From Lama guanicoe (Eukaryota): a stretch of 64,000 nucleotides of DNA. A model generated the notes under the pieces. The model saw only the letters and a program-made list of their open reading frames with translations, was not told the origin of the DNA and searched no databases. Every line of letters begins with the position of its first letter. The stretch's first letter is position 1. Shown piece after piece: positions 1 to 14,134 of this stretch. Location: contig MU056050.1 of the NCBI GenBank assembly GCA_013239625.1, positions 3,210,084 through 3,274,083 on the forward strand, in the 5' to 3' direction. The position numbers were made by a program, and so were the translations under genes.

Positions 1-744
1 GAGTCATGAAAATGTAATGATTCCCTACGAAAACAGCTTGAGAAAAAGAAACTGTGCTTTCCCTCAGCATATAAAATATTTACATTTAAGAAAATGGGTA
101 GAAATATTTTCAACTCTATTAATTCAGCCTAATTGGGAGACTCAAGTTTCATTGCTAAGTCCAAATCACATTTAAAATATAAGTATGTGTATTTACTTAC
201 AAGTGCACTGCATAAATGTTAGTACTACTTATGTCCTATACAGGCCCTTAGGGTCACTGTTTTAAACAAAAGCAGTAAAAATGGGTATTGTATTCTTAGT
301 ATTGCTTTTAACGTGCTTAAAGTAGTTTATGCTCTTCAGCAGGTGAAACAAACTCTCTCTCTACAATCTTCCTTGTACCCTTTTCATGGAATATTTCAGG
401 GTAAGTTTTAGCTCAATCCTGTCAATACAAGTTTTAAAATTATGAGAATTTGCTATATTAAATCCAACAAAAATTTGTCCCTTAAGTGGCATATAATAGG
501 TAACTATTTTAAAAGCCAATCTCCAATTTCAAATAGTTACTTGACTGATAACAATTTAAAATCTCCTTTACAGGAACTTTACAACAATATTACAACCTAC
601 TGTAAAGGAGATTTTTATTAAAAAGTTGATGTTGAAAGGCTGATATATATCATTCTCTGCCAATAACATGAAAAAGAAACCCTGTTTTTATTTTTGTGCA
701 GTGTATGGACCTGTGTTTGCATTTGCCACTAGATGGGACCTTAC

Positions 745-1065
745 ATCTGTGATAATCAGCAGCTGACTTCTTTTCATCCAGCTTTTACAGGATTCAGGAA
801 CACAAACCTTCTTAAGAAAAATAAGTCTTAAATGACAAAACAAAACTTTATAACTTACACAACTAGCCAGCTGGGTCACAATAGGCTTGTTTCCTTACTA
901 GATGATAGAAAACAGATAACTTTAAGAGCAATTTCCTTGAAATAGTGGCCTATGCTAAAAGAAGGCGCCATATGCCTTTTTAGTACTCTCTCGAAAAATG
1001 ATCTCTGCTTTTGCTTCAGTGATGCAATGGTAAGCTTGGTCAAAACACTTCCCAGCATTTCTTGC
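745..1065 (-). pseudogene. Two exon relics (899-1065 and 745-810)
   Basis: Both donors are gtaagg, with an 88-nt intron. EAKAEIIFRE (RGS helix-5 KA.II..E); the second exon is 22 stop-free codons. Confidence 0.5.
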
Positions 1066-1676
1066 CTACATATCTAAGACCTTTTCTAGTATCCCGGGAA
1101 GCACTACAGTTTTCTCTGAAGTCAGAGGTGTCAAGATTTTTTCTAATATCATGATTTCTGAAACTCTGAAGAGTGGGTGTGTCGACAGCAAGGAAAGTTG
1201 GTGCTGGGAAACCAAACTACAGGGAGATTGTATAGAGACAGAAGTAAGAATTCAGCTTCTGGAAATAATAGCAGACTAGAAAACCTAAAAATTTTCACAC
1301 TACGAAACATCTAGAAATGCTGAATAAACATAACATATATTCTTTTACATGAAAAATGGCACTCAGAAGAAGTGAAAAAAAAAAAACAAACAACCCAGAA
1401 GCCAAAACCAAGATGGGAATTGTAAACAAGAATGACCCAGGAGTTGATGGGGCAGCTCCCCTGCAGGTGCACCTAAGGATACGGGTTTTAAGGCTAAGGT
1501 GAAAGAGGGAGGAGATGGGCTTCAGGTCTTTGCAAGGTAAGGAGTTTAACTGAGACCTACATGTTGCCCATATATGAACCTTCATATATGCTTCATAAAT
1601 GTCAAAAAAGGATGTACTAGAAAAAGGGTATACTTCTGCTCACGGACACAAGGAGACAAGAAAGAATCTTGTTTGT

Positions 1677-1859
1677 AGATTAAAAAAAACCTAAGTTTCT
1701 TCTGTATAGCACAGGGAACTATATTCAATATCTTGTAACAACCTTTAATGAAAAAGAATATGAAAATAAATATATGTATGTATATGCAAGGTTGGGACAT
1801 TGTGCTGTTCACTAGAAATTGACACACTGTAAATGACTGTACTTCAATTAAAAAAAAAA
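1677..1859 (+). mobile_element. Young 5'-truncated L1 3' end with poly(A)
   Basis: tatagcacagggaactatattcaatatcttgta...poly(A), with a 16-bp target-site duplication aaagaatcttgtttgt at 1661-1676 and 1860-1875. Confidence 0.85.
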
Positions 1860-2701
1860 AAAGAATCTTGTTTGTCCTGGACTGTCCTCTGGGTGAAAAC
1901 AATAAAAATCATTCCTGAGAATTCTTAAGCATGGGCCTATATCACACACGGATTTAGAGTTGAGTTTACAATTTCTGCATGGTCTAGCAACTAGCAATAT
2001 GAGACATTAGTATACAAGTATCTGGAGGCCCTGGCAGAGGCAACTGTAAATGAGATCACAATCTAAAATTAAAAATTATATGAGAAAACAGTTGGCCTTA
2101 AACAAAAGTCAATAGACTCAACAAACTGTAAGATTAGATTTCTGAGAATTTCAGATAATAGTGCCATTGTTCAGAGACTGTAAATAAGCATATGTTTAAC
2201 ATGCATAAAGGAAGAATGCAAAACATGAGAACAAAGCACTACTCATTTTAAAAAAGATGATGTAGACTTTAAAAAGAGCTAATAGAAATTCTAAAATTAA
2301 AAAATATAATATTAATGTTAAAACTCAATGGAAAATAAAACACAAAGGACAAGTTAAATAGTAAGCAAGGCACAAATGAAGCAAGAATTAGTGAACTTAA
2401 ATGTACATCTAGAAATTACACAGAATGCAATGCAGACAGATAAAGACATAGAAAATCTAAAAGAAAGCTTAAGGGTCATGGAAGATAGGAATAACATGGT
2501 ACAATATAGATCTAATAAATGTTCTAGAAGCAGAGAATAAAGAAAATGAGAAGAAACAATGGTAACTGAGAATTTCTCAAGAATGATAAAAGAATCTCAG
2601 ATTCTGCGAAAATTCTCAGATTCAGGAAGCACAACCTCCAAGCGGGATAAACAAAAGTAAATCCATACTTAAGAACATCTGAGGCAGCCATGAATGCACC
2701 C

Positions 2702-3103
2702 TGTAGATCAGTTATGGATGCATAATTGACTAACAGCCTCAGTTCCTCCCCTTCTGAATCCAGTATTAGGTTCATGCTGAGGCCATACTCCCTATGGGTA
2801 CTCCAAGCCAATGATTCAACGAGGTTTGGGTACAAATATAAGCCATTCCTGCAAGATGGGGGACTCCTTTAGCAGTAACTTTGGCTTTAGGACTCTCCAC
2901 CAGCCTGGCCAAAACTTCCCTGGATCCACACTGTAGTCTGAAACTCCTCCTACTCAATTTTCTCTCTCCCAGAGTTAATAGACCTTGCATTTTGTTCCGA
3001 AGATCCTCCCTGTCTTCTGCTCCTGCTCCTTTATCTTCCAAAAAACTCTTGCCCATCTAATCCCTTCTTAGTACCTGCTTCTTGAATGATGTGAATTAAC
3101 ACA
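2702..3103 (+). mobile_element. ERVL solo LTR (LTR16-like)
   Basis: TG...CA ends; LTR16-type 3' end (catctaatccc...ctgcttcttg...taacaca). Confidence 0.6.
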
Positions 3104-3239
3104 ACATCAAAGAGAAAGAGAAAATTTTAAGACAACTAGATAGAGATATCTTACAATGGAACTATACTTAATTTGACAGACAGACAGCTGATTTCTCAAT
3201 TGCACTACAGGAGCTATGAGATAATGTGGGACAACAGTC

Positions 3240-3780
3240 ATTAACCTCTTTTGCATTGCTAACAGAACCCTCAGTTGTTCAGGTATGAAAGATGTGCCCC
3301 ACTCTGAGCTCCACTACCAGTTTAAGCAAATCACGGTATTCCATTCCCCTTTGCCAGTGAGTAGGTTAGAGGGTGGACACATCAACCCAGTTCCAGCTGA
3401 GAGGCAGTCTAAAAGAGGCTTCTGGGAAAGATTATCCTATCTGATATATATACATATGGACAGATCGAGGGGGGAGGGAGGGAGAGAGCGAGAGAGAGCG
3501 AGAGAGAGAGAGAGAGAAATCTGTTCTTCTTTCCAGCCTTTGGACATTGTCATTGTGAGGACATGATGTTTGGGGCTGTTAGTCATTTAGCAACTATAAC
3601 AGACAAGCCAGAGTCACAGAGATGCTGATTCAGAGCTCTGACACACTGCGTTGCTCAATTAATGAATGCTGGTACTACCTAGCTCTGGATTGCTTGTTAT
3701 GAGAGGAAAATACATATCTTTATTGTTTAAGCCATTATTTTGGGGTATTATGTTACCAGGAAGGATCCTAACTGATAGTT
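3240..3780 (+). mobile_element. MaLR LTR (old MLT1) with internal (GA)n
   Basis: MLT1-type 3' end ttgtttaagccattattttgggg...tcctaactgata; (GA)n at about 3470-3517. Confidence 0.6.
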
Positions 3781-4384
3781 CATGAAGCAATATTTCCAAG
3801 ATGCTTAGAGAAAACTGTCAATATGGGATTCTGTATCTAGTGAATTTGTTAGTCAAGATTGATGCTTAAAAATAAGACTGATGCTGAAATGAAGACAATT
3901 TCTGATAAAAAAGAAGAATTTACCACCAACAGACCCTTACTGAAAGAACTATGAGAGGATGCACTTCAGGAAGCATAAAACTGAGTTTAGAAGAAAGCAG
4001 TGAGCTGCAAGGAGTGGTGAGTAAATAACTGGTAAGCACATGGGTGAATCTAAATGAATACTGAATGTGGACAATATTATAATAAATACTTTTGGTTTTT
4101 TAAGAAAAAGTGGTGCCAAAAACCTAGATAATAATTACATGTAAATGAAGAGGGGATGGTCCAAATTAAAGCATTCAAAGCTCCATCTATTGTTTAGGAA
4201 AAGGGTAGAGAAACTGATTAATTTTAGACTCCAAGCCAAATAAAGATAATAAAAATTAAAGGTATCTACTAAAATAATGGAATTAAAATGAATAATTTCT
4301 AGTAGAGGAAGAAAAAGAATAAGATCATATCAACAGAGGGCAGAAAAAAAATAGTGATTATGAGAGAATGAGAGAGAGAGTTCT

Positions 4385-4620
4385 ATAGTTAGACTGTGTT
4401 CAAAGCCCTAATTCCAGCTCTGCCACTCCAGCTAGGTAACCTTGAGTAACTTACTTAACTACTCTGTGCTTCAGTTTCTTCAGCTTCAAATGATGATAAT
4501 AATAGAGGCTCTATGCCATAGGGATTTTGTAAAGATTAATGAATTAATCCACAGAAAGTACTGAGAATAGTGCCTGGCACATAATACTCAGTAAGTCACA
4601 TCCATTACTGTTATCATTAT
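4385..4620 (+). mobile_element. MIR SINE
   Basis: MIR core ccttgagtaacttacttaactactctgtgcttcagtttc...agtgcctggcacata. Confidence 0.75.
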
Positions 4621-4659
4621 TCATTCTTGTGATAGTACTGGTTTAATCAATTAAACATA

Positions 4660-4804
4660 AACATGTTAATATCATGAACAGAATGTCAAACATATTGTTT
4701 CTTTTGAAGAAGTAATAAACTTTTTCCATGAATACTGGCTGAAAAGCATTCCAAACTATTTCTCCGTTTATGTGCAGATTTACTTGGTTAAAGTTGTACA
4801 AAAT
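4660..4804 (-). pseudogene. Exon relic
   Basis: tttgctcatcag|ATTTTG. Open frame ILYNFNQVNLHINGEIVWNAFQPVFMEK... (helix-3-like); the donor is uncertain. Confidence 0.35.
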
Positions 4805-5541
4805 CTGATGAGCAAATATTAAACACAACTTTTTCAGTATGTCACAAACATTTCATAACAGGAAAATAAAGGACAAAAATAAGTGGGAGATGATAGCAAC
4901 TGAGCATAAGAAACGTATCAGGACATGCTGGAAGTTAGATGGGCTAGACATACATACTCTATTTCTTTGAGTAAGTTTTCTGATTCATTCTCAGTGATAC
5001 ACTGCTAATTGAAAATAGCTCCTCTTCACGGAAGAGAAAGACAGAGAAAGGAGAGATCCAGGCAAGCAGAACTTTAACACTTATCCACTCCAGCTTCATC
5101 ATCACCTTCACCTTTTTGTTTTTCATATCTTGGGCTTCAACTCGAAATTTTGTTTGAAGAAAGGGTTCTGCAAATAAAGTCTGAGCAACACTCCTCTTAA
5201 TCGTTTCTCCGAGTCTTCCTGATGTTGAATTCCTGTATTCCAGAACTGACTTTCTGTTTCTCCCTCAAATTCTGACTGTCACAACAGCTCCCTCTTCGGG
5301 ATGGCTTGATACCAGTGCTGGCATTTGACGCCATTTAGTCTGGGTGTGCTAGGGTTGTATAACAGGGAGGTTTAAAATCTTCTATTTAATTTCCAATAAC
5401 TTTACTGATAATAATTCACATTTAAAGTAAAGTGGTGTACAATATTCTTTCCTATATTTAGGAATTTGTTCACACAACCATATAACTTAATGTGAAATAT
5501 TAAATTATAATTTAATATTTATCTGAAATAACTTAATATTG

Positions 5542-5744
5542 CATAAGTCAACAAACATTTTCTGTGAAGGACCAAATAGTAAATGTTTAGCGCTTTGCAG
5601 GTCATAAGGTCTCTGTCCAAGTATTCCACTCTCCAAAGCAACCAATACATAATGAATGGGCGTGATTGTGATCCAGTTAAACTTCATTTACAAAAAGAGA
5701 CGCTAGGCCAGATTTGGCCCACGGGCCATAGTTTGCTGATCCCT
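5542..5744 (+). mobile_element. MER58-like hAT-Charlie DNA transposon
   Basis: aaacattttctgtgaaggaccaaatagtaaat...ggccatagtttgctgatccctg. Confidence 0.75.
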
Positions 5745-6276
5745 GTTGTACTGGTTTGGTTTTCATTACTCAGTGAATTCATTTCACAAAATAGAGGTCA
5801 CTGCCAGGATTATTCAATTGTTCTCTTAAACTGCAAACTACTTTTGTTCCAAAGAGTGGAACTTTTGTGAAAAATTTGCTTTTAAGGACTGAAAGAAATG
5901 TTGCCTTGGTTTTTCAATATTCTAAATGTACTTCAGCTTATGAGTCAAGGGGATGCATTTATATTTCCAATATATTTTAAGTCATAAAAAAAGTAAAAGA
6001 AGGAGTTTCATCTGTCAATGTGAGTAAATTATATTCAACTCAATCACCTCCAGAAGGATTATTACAAATTTTACATTTAAATTCATAGATAGCACCTAAT
6101 CTACTTATAATTTTGTTGACAGCTGAATTCCTCCTATTTTTACCTACCTACAGAGAAGCTCTTGAAATTCAAGAATATAGGTGGTTTTAATGCTTTATTT
6201 GAACACAATTGCTAAAGATTCTGCAAACAATTTTAAGTGAAAATTATATTTTTAATTAGCTGCCATTTTTAATTAC

Positions 6277-6843
6277 CCAAACAGTTCATCTTCATTAAAA
6301 ACTGTGACTATTGCAGGGTCACTGTATAATGCTATGGAGACCACACACTGCACAAGAGTGCTCCAGCCCAGGGAGTGACAGTTCACATTAGAGATACCAT
6401 GGATCATTGAGTATACTGAAAATCTACAGATTTGTGAAAACAGTTTTCTGGGAAATGGCTGCACAGAATCTTATTCTAACAACTGTATTTTACAGTCATT
6501 TTCTGATGGATTGTAACAAAGTATCTTGAGAAAGGGTTACTGCTCCCATTCACATTAAAAAAAAAAAAGGCCATTTGCTCTAGTAGTAGCCTTGCATTAT
6601 CTGAGAGAATCAGTCCCTTCCTTTAATAATTGTGGGCGAAGTTGTAGGTAACTTCCTTGGCAAGACTGCAAGAAAGATAGGAAACCATAAAAAGCTTATA
6701 CCTCTCTATTCAAAGAATATCCATTTCCATTTGTTTCTTTTTGAAATGATATGGTCAGTAGGCATAGTGCACAATTTTCTCGTAGGTCCTTACTGCAGGG
6801 ATTTAATCATACTGACCATAGACTCTTTAGATCATATAGGAAT
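6277..6843 (-). pseudogene. Cluster of three exon relics (6794-6843, 6541-6665, 6277-6423)
   Basis: Acceptors ctggtag, tttcttgcag, ctgtag; donors gtaagg, gtaacc, gtaatt; introns about 120 nt. IPI*SKESMVSMIKSLHLAKEVTYNFAHNY*RKGLILSDNARLLLEQMA...; the last exon is 49 stop-free codons. Confidence 0.55.
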
Positions 6844-7272
6844 CTACCAGAAACAACACAGTGTTTTCCTAATCATCTCGCTATTGTTCTTAATGTTACA
6901 TTTTAAGTTTTCCCCATCCTTTTAAATGTGTGCCACTGAGGAAATGGTTTTCAGATTATTTCAGCAAAATGTTTTAGGGACTAGGATGAGGACTGGAGCT
7001 TTGAGGCCCTCACTTTCACTTTACCTGCTGCAGACATTGGAGTTGTACATAATGTCTTGGTGCAAAGGGGAAAAAGTTTTAGAAGTGTTATTATATAGAG
7101 GACAGTTCCAAACACACCTTCCCCCTCACGCCCACAAAGAATGATTTTAATTGAAAGATACAGACAACAGTGGTGGCAATAGAAGTTTCCAGTCTTTAAA
7201 GATCTCATATGTGGTGATCTCCACAATACCACCTCTGACTCTCAAAAAAATCCTACAAGAGATTTTTTTGAC

Positions 7273-7638
7273 TTACAGAAGGAATGTTTGTGTCCACTCA
7301 AAATTCCTACGTTGAAACCTAATCTCCAATGTGATGGTATTGGTAGGTGGATCCTTGGAGAGGTTCTTAGATCATGAAAGTGGAGCCCTCATGAATGGGG
7401 TTACAGCCCTTAAAAAGAGACCCCACAGAGCTCCCTCATCCCCTCTACCATGTAAAGACACAGTGCAAATATGGCCGTCGATGAATAGGAAGTGAGCTCT
7501 CACCAGACACTGGTTTGCTCTGCTGGTGCTTTGATTTTTGACTTCCCAGCCTCTGAAACTGTGAGAAATACATTTTTGTTGTTTATAAGCCACCCAGTCT
7601 ATGGTGTTCTATTATAGTAACCCCAATGGACAAAGACA
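7273..7638 (+). mobile_element. MaLR LTR (MLT1A-like)
   Basis: aaaattcctacgttgaaacctaatctccaatgtgatggtatt...gacttcccagcctctgaaactgtgagaaata...ataagccacccagtctatgg. Confidence 0.85.
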
Positions 7639-9299
7639 CAGATGAGGAAACCAAGGCTTAGAAAGGGCACCTTGTTACTAAGTGGCAAACCTGGGAACTG
7701 AACTTCAGTCTGTCTGACATCAAATATTCCCCCTCCCTACTTTTATAATGTAGGTGTTTATTAGCAGGAAAACACCAAAGAGGCTTCAGGTATATTTCAT
7801 TATAAAAGAGTATCATTCTGCCCAGGTGGATTAGAGATTGAGTTCACAGAAAATTAAACCAAAGTTTAAATTATAATAGATACTTATTTTATACACTAAC
7901 ACACAACTGAGGATAGATACAAAACCTCCAATGAAATAAAATTACATTTGCAAAGTCCTTGCCCAAGTGCTCATTTCTTAACTTATTATGTTATTCTGAA
8001 ATATTTCAGGTTAAAATTATTATCCTTCAAGGACCAAAGTGTACTTACACACTTCAAACAGTAAATTTACCTGAGAAAATACGGTTGTTAGCTTTTAAGA
8101 AATATAGTTCTGCTATAGTAAGAGAAATTCAAACCGTTGGTGATTCACATCACATAAAACTTTATTTGTTGCCTCAATCTGATTTTGAATTCAAGACAGT
8201 ATTTGGTGATACTGTTATTTCAGTTAGGCATCTCACTTTGAACAGAAATTGGGACTCAGATGGCTTATATCAGTGATGGTTTGCAACTGTGATTTAAAGC
8301 AACCACATACACCTGCAAATGACTTTGTAGCCTTAGGGGAATGCAAAGTGAGGTCACCAGCAGGGACAAGCAGAGCCTTCAACTCCTGATGGAAAAATCA
8401 TTATTTTACCACCTCTGTTAATTACTTTGATGCCTGAAGTTGGAGCGAAGTAAACTATGGACTATGAGGAGGCATACAGTGATAGAATCCAACATTTCTG
8501 AGCATCTGAGAAGGGCTAACTAAGTACCATGGTAGGCAAGAGGGTACAGACAGTAACACAAACTGGACCTCACCCTCAAGGAACACTGTACGTCACCTCC
8601 TGCCTACTCACTTGTCATTTTTCCCTCTCTGCCTCTGTATTGGAAAGACCTTTTTCTCCTCGTCTTTTATCTTTGGTTTGCGTGGTCACCTGCACTCTTA
8701 TGACAAGCTCAAGGGCCTCTTCCTCTACAAACATTTTTCTGAACACACCTTCTTTTGTGCCCCGACTGGAACAGTCTATCCCAGCACCTGTTACACTTTA
8801 TTGTAGCAGCTTGTTTACCTGTATGTTAATCCTGTGGAACATATGACTTAATTTCCAGTAAGTCCCTCCAAAGCAATTGTGTTTTGTCTCATTAAATAAC
8901 TAATATTTGATTCAACAAATATTATTTGAACCACTTTTTGAGCCAGGCACTATGGTTACCAAGCACACCATATATTTAACACATGTTTCTTAAATGAAGG
9001 AATAAAAGCTAAACCCCAAACTTAGTCCAAATGATCCCATGCACTCCTGATCACAAATCTCTGAATATCTCTAGCACTCTGAATTCAGTCTGTGGTGAAT
9101 TAATGTTATAGATATACATAACATTTTTAACTTCTTCTTTGGGTATATTCTCCCTCCTTAGATAGATTAAAAACTCCTTAAGGGAAAGGGCTCTTTATTT
9201 CTACTCTATTTTCCTACAGTTCTTAGTAAAGGGCATGGATCCATTAAGCACTCCATAATTATGAGTCTAAGATTGCAATCTTTTAATTTTGGATGGGCA

Positions 9300-10530
9300 T
9301 TGTTAACATGAAATAGAGAATTCATCATTCCTCTTGTTGAACATTCCAACAACCTCTCTGCCCCCAAAATCTCAGTCACCAAATCCAGCCTCTGCAACAT
9401 ATCCCTGTTTCACCCCTGCTGCAGATGCCTGAGGCATTGCCTGAGGGGCTTCCTTATGCCTCCTCTAAACTATTAGAACAGCCTGCCTTTAGTACTCCTC
9501 TTCCAATCCAGCATCAGCATTGCCACCAGAATGTGCTTTCTAAAAACTAAATCTGCCTATGCATGGCACAGGCTACCTAGCTGTTCACTATACCATTTCC
9601 CTCCTTCTTCCAAGGAATACAGACTACATTTTCCAGCCTTTCTTACAGATAGGTCTAGACATGTGACTGAGTCTAGATAACAGAAGTACCAAGTACCATT
9701 TCCAGGTCTGATCCATAAAAACTGCCCATTCATGATCTTATTTGCTCTTCTTCCTTCCTCTAGCTTAACGTAGATAAACATGGCAACTCTTCAAGCCATG
9801 TGTAGAAGACAGTGGAGCCACAGAATGGAAAGAGCCTGAGGCCTGAGTCAAACGGGAGAACTGCCTACTAAGGAGGAATTCTCAGGTTGCATTCAGATGA
9901 ACAAGAAATAAATTACTATTTTTGAGCCATTGTACATTTTTAGTTTAGTCTGTAACAGAAGCTGGTATCATCTAAAACACCACACTGTTCTTCTGGTCAA
10001 AATCCTTCATCTACTGGCTATCAAACTCTACGAAAATTCCTTAGAATGACATGTGTAAAGGCCTTCATAATGCAAATGTGAACCATTCTCCCAGTCTCAT
10101 TCTGCTTTCAATCCCTTTAACTCCTACTCTCGCGTGGTCATATGCCATATCTTCTACTTCAACCATAATGAATTACTTGGCATCCTTGGAAGGAAAAAAA
10201 AAAACTTTCATGCCTACACACATGCTGTTCCTTCATCTTAGAATTCATTCTCTTTCTTCTGTCCCATATCTGAAATTCTCTGTTCCTCTTTGTCAGTATC
10301 AACTGCCTTCCCATTGGCACTTCCATAACACATTTTTAAACATCTGTATCATAGCATTAACTTTATTTCTAAATTGAAATACAGTTTAGCTGTTCATATG
10401 CCTATTTTCAAAACAAGATTGCTGTCACCTTGAGGACAGGGATTGCATCTCATTCATCCTTAAAATCCCCAGGAATCAGTACAGACTCTTGTATATAGTA
10501 ATCACTGAAGACATGTAGGCTGAATTGATA
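9300..10530 (+). mobile_element. L2 fossil with nested old MLT1 LTR (about 9570-9975)
   Basis: L2 3' motifs (gccaccagaatgtgctttctaaaa; cttgaggacagggattgcatctcattcatc) flanking an MLT1J/K-type segment. Confidence 0.55.
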
Positions 10531-11928
10531 TTACTTAGTTTATTTAGCAACTTAATTTTTTTCAAAGTCTTTTTCATATACATTCTTTCATTGTTAGCCT
10601 TATAATGATTATGTAGACTTAAATGACTTGATTAAAAAAAGGACAGTTGGTTAGATGTATAGTCCAGATCTCAATATCCTGATGCTGCCATGGTTTAACC
10701 ACTTAAGGGAGGGGGAAAGAAAATTAGTAATGCTACCCTAACCATAAAAAATCATTCATAAAAATGACCATGCAACTTTCTCAGTGAAAAAACCCAGTCT
10801 GTGAGTGTGTGTGTGTGTGTCTTTGTGTGGGGGGGTTGCAGTAGTAGTAGTAATTGTAGTGGTAGCAAATTTATTTTAGATATTTCAAGATTTAAAGTGA
10901 CTTGGAAAGATATTTATCATATAATGTGAATGTGAAAAAAAAGCATATCACAAAAAGGTGATACATACTATAATCTCTTTGTGTAAAAAATATCAAGAAA
11001 AATATTCATCTCTCAGGGAGTAGAATGACAAGAGAGATTAAACTCTTAAATGCACTTTACATAATTTTGTGGTACTTGATTTCATGAACCAGCTAATATA
11101 TGTAAAGAGCTTAGAACAGGGCCTAGCACAGATTAACTGTTATGTGCATTATACCTATTTTTATTATATTGTTTTTACAGTAAGCATGTGTTACATTAAT
11201 TTAAAAAACAAAGATAACTTATCATAAAGAACAGTGGAAGTTGTCCAGTAAGTGAAGAGAAGAGTACAGTTGAGTAAACTTCTACCTTACCCTACCCTCC
11301 TGCAGATAATAACCACAGGACAAAGTTGAATAAAAAAAAATCAATAACCTGTAGGCACTAGAGAGTAAACAAAAGCAAGCAGATTCTGATGGGGAATCAA
11401 ACTTTAGAAGAAGAGAAGGCATGAGTGAGTATCCAGTTTTCATGTTTTTCCAACCTGGGGATAAGGTGCTGTCAGAGCTGCACAAGGTGGCAAAAACCTT
11501 CACAAAAATTCTCAGTATCTCTGGCTTAAAGAACCAGAAGACAGAGTTTAGGCAATTACAGTCACTGGAAAGTCAAGGGGGAACTCCCAAAAGGAGATAG
11601 AGAGGCTTCACTCACATTCTGTGTATAAACTCTGCCTCAAACTGAGAATAAAGGAACTGAACTAACATATAAGCTGCAGCTCAAGAGGCAGAGTTTGCTG
11701 TTTGAGTAAAAACAATTTTTTAATTGAATTGCTTGCTGAAGATAAAAAGAAAAAAAAAGTAAAAGCATCAAAATTCTTTAGAGGAATACAACAGAATCCA
11801 GAGTCCCTGCAACATAACAATCACAATGCCCAAGATATAAACTAAAATTAATAATATGACAAAATAGGAAAATATAACTCATTCTCAAGAAAAAAGTTGA
11901 TCTTACAGAAACTCACCCCAAAATAACC

Positions 11929-13041
11929 TAATTAAAGTTATAAGCTTTTGCACAGCAAGGGAAACCATAAGCGAAACAAAAAGACAACCTATGGAATGGG
12001 AGAAAATTTTTACAAAAGATTACAGTGACAAGGGCTTAATTTCCAGAATATATAAACAGCTCATAAAACTTAATAAGAAAAAAATCAAACAACCCAATCC
12101 AAAAATGGGCAGAAGACCTAAACAAGCAATTCTCCAATGAAGACATACAAATGAAGACATACAAATAGGCACATGAAAAAATACTCAATATTGCTAATTA
12201 TTAGAGAAATGCAAATCAAAACTACAATGAGGTATCACCTCACACCATCATTGGCCATCATTCAGAAGTCCACAAACAATAAATGCTGGAGAGGCTGTGG
12301 AGAAAAGGAAACCCTCCTACACTGTTGGTGGCAATATAGTTTGGTGCAGCTGCTATGGAAAACAGTTTGGAGATTCCTCAAAAGGCTAAAAATAGACCTA
12401 CCATATAATCCAGCAATCCCACTCCTGGGCATATATACAAAGGGAACCTTAATTCAAAAAGATACATGCAGTCCAATGTTCATAGCAGCACTATTTACAA
12501 TAGCCAAGATGTGGAAACAGCCTAAATGTCCATTGACAGATGACTGGATAAAGAAGTTGTGGTATATTTATACAATGGAATACTGCTCAGCCATGAAAAA
12601 ATAATAAAATAATGCCATTTGCAGCAATATGGATGGACCTGGAGAATGCCATTCTAAGTGAAGTAAGCAAGAAAGAAAAAGAGACACCATATGACAGCAC
12701 TTACATGTGGAATCTAAAAAATGAAAAAGAGAGAAATGAACTTATTTACAAAACAGAAACAGACTCAGACATAGAAATCAAACTTATGGTTCCCACTGGG
12801 GTAAGGGGGTGGGAAAGGATAAAATGGGAGTTCTAGATTTGCAGATACTAACCAATATACATAAAATAGAGAAACAAGTTTATACTCTATAGCACAGGGA
12901 ACTAGATTCTTCTAGTAACTTAAGGTGAAAAAGAATATGAAAATGGATATATGTATGTTCCTATATGACGGAAATATTGTGCTGTACACCAGAAATTGAT
13001 GCAACACTGTAAACTGACTACACTTCAATAAAAATTTTAAA
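11929..13041 (+). mobile_element. Young 5'-truncated L1 (ORF2 C-terminus, 3'UTR, A-tail) nested in an older L1M 5' fragment (about 11240-13220)
   Basis: ORF 12173-12604 is the L1 ORF2 C-terminal Cys-rich region ([16 protein letters not shown]...[16 protein letters not shown]); imperfect TSD aa(g)ataacc. Confidence 0.92.
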
Positions 13042-14134
13042 AAGATAACCCAGACATTGGAATGAGCAGACAAAGATTTCAAAGTAGCTTTTGTAAGTAT
13101 GAAGGAAGATAATGCTAACAATAAATGGAAGGAAAGGAAATCTCACCAGATAAATAGAAAATATTTTAAAAGATGAATGGAAACTCTAATGTGAAAATTA
13201 CAATAACTGAACTAAAAGGTGAGGACCTATAAGTCAAGAACATGACTAATTCTTATCAGCCTCTTTATATGTAACAGTCAATTTGGGGGTATATGCTTGC
13301 TTCACTTTCCCCTTTCTTTGAAAACTGCCCAGCACCCACAGAGAAAAGGCTTCTGTGATAGTTACGTGATTCTTCTAATGTTCTGAGAGCTAAATATTCT
13401 GGCATTGGGCCCCTGATCCAAGATTTACTAATTAGATGATCTCTCCTGAGATTTTAGAATTAGAACAAAGCCTTAGTAAGTCTTAATAAGGTTTTTAAAT
13501 TGAGATGTCATGTCAGTTCTAAATCAGAGGTGTGGCCCTTTCCAGCCACGTACAGAGGTAAGCAAACAGAAGTCATGTGCAAAGAGAAATACATGGAGAC
13601 ATTGAGACTTTGGGAGTTACTGATTTTTTTCTCCAATTTTTGGTTCTAGTTCCTCATTAGGCTCTATAATGATTTCTGACCTTAGATTCTCTAATATAAT
13701 CCTATATTTTTATTAAAAAATCAGTTTCCCATCTTTTTTGTTTATGTTTCTGTTACTCGCTATCAAGAGTCTTGATTATGTGGCTATGTCTTTTCTGTTC
13801 TTTGGCCATTCACCTATGGGTGAGGTGCTGAATATGGCAATGGTTCAAGGCTGAGAACTGGAAGCAATATAAACCTTCTCAAATTTAAAAGTAAAGGCCA
13901 TTAATTGAGAATGAAATTGGGAAAAAATGTAATGAATGAGATCAGTTATTTGTAGAAGGAACCCATCCTGAACAATAATCTATAACTGAGTGGTCAAGTA
14001 TTTCAGGAACAGCCAGAGGTGATTAAATTGATATGCTAATATTATAGTAGTTTATCAGAAGAAAGAATGTGTTATCAGAAACATGAGACATAGAAAGGGG
14101 AATCAGAGAAGGAATTCATCATTGTCTCCTTTAC

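Larger units (their letters stand above)
1140..4350 (+). mobile_element. Old L1M 5'/ORF1-region fossil interrupted by younger insertions
   Basis: A-rich degenerate L1 ORF1-type sequence (gaagcaagaattagtgaact, cagacagctgatttctca, accaacagacccttactgaaagaa). Confidence 0.6.

Noticed and set aside
12173..12836. 143-aa and 74-aa ORFs as host genes
   Set aside because: They are L1 ORF2 C-terminal sequence of a truncated retrotransposon.
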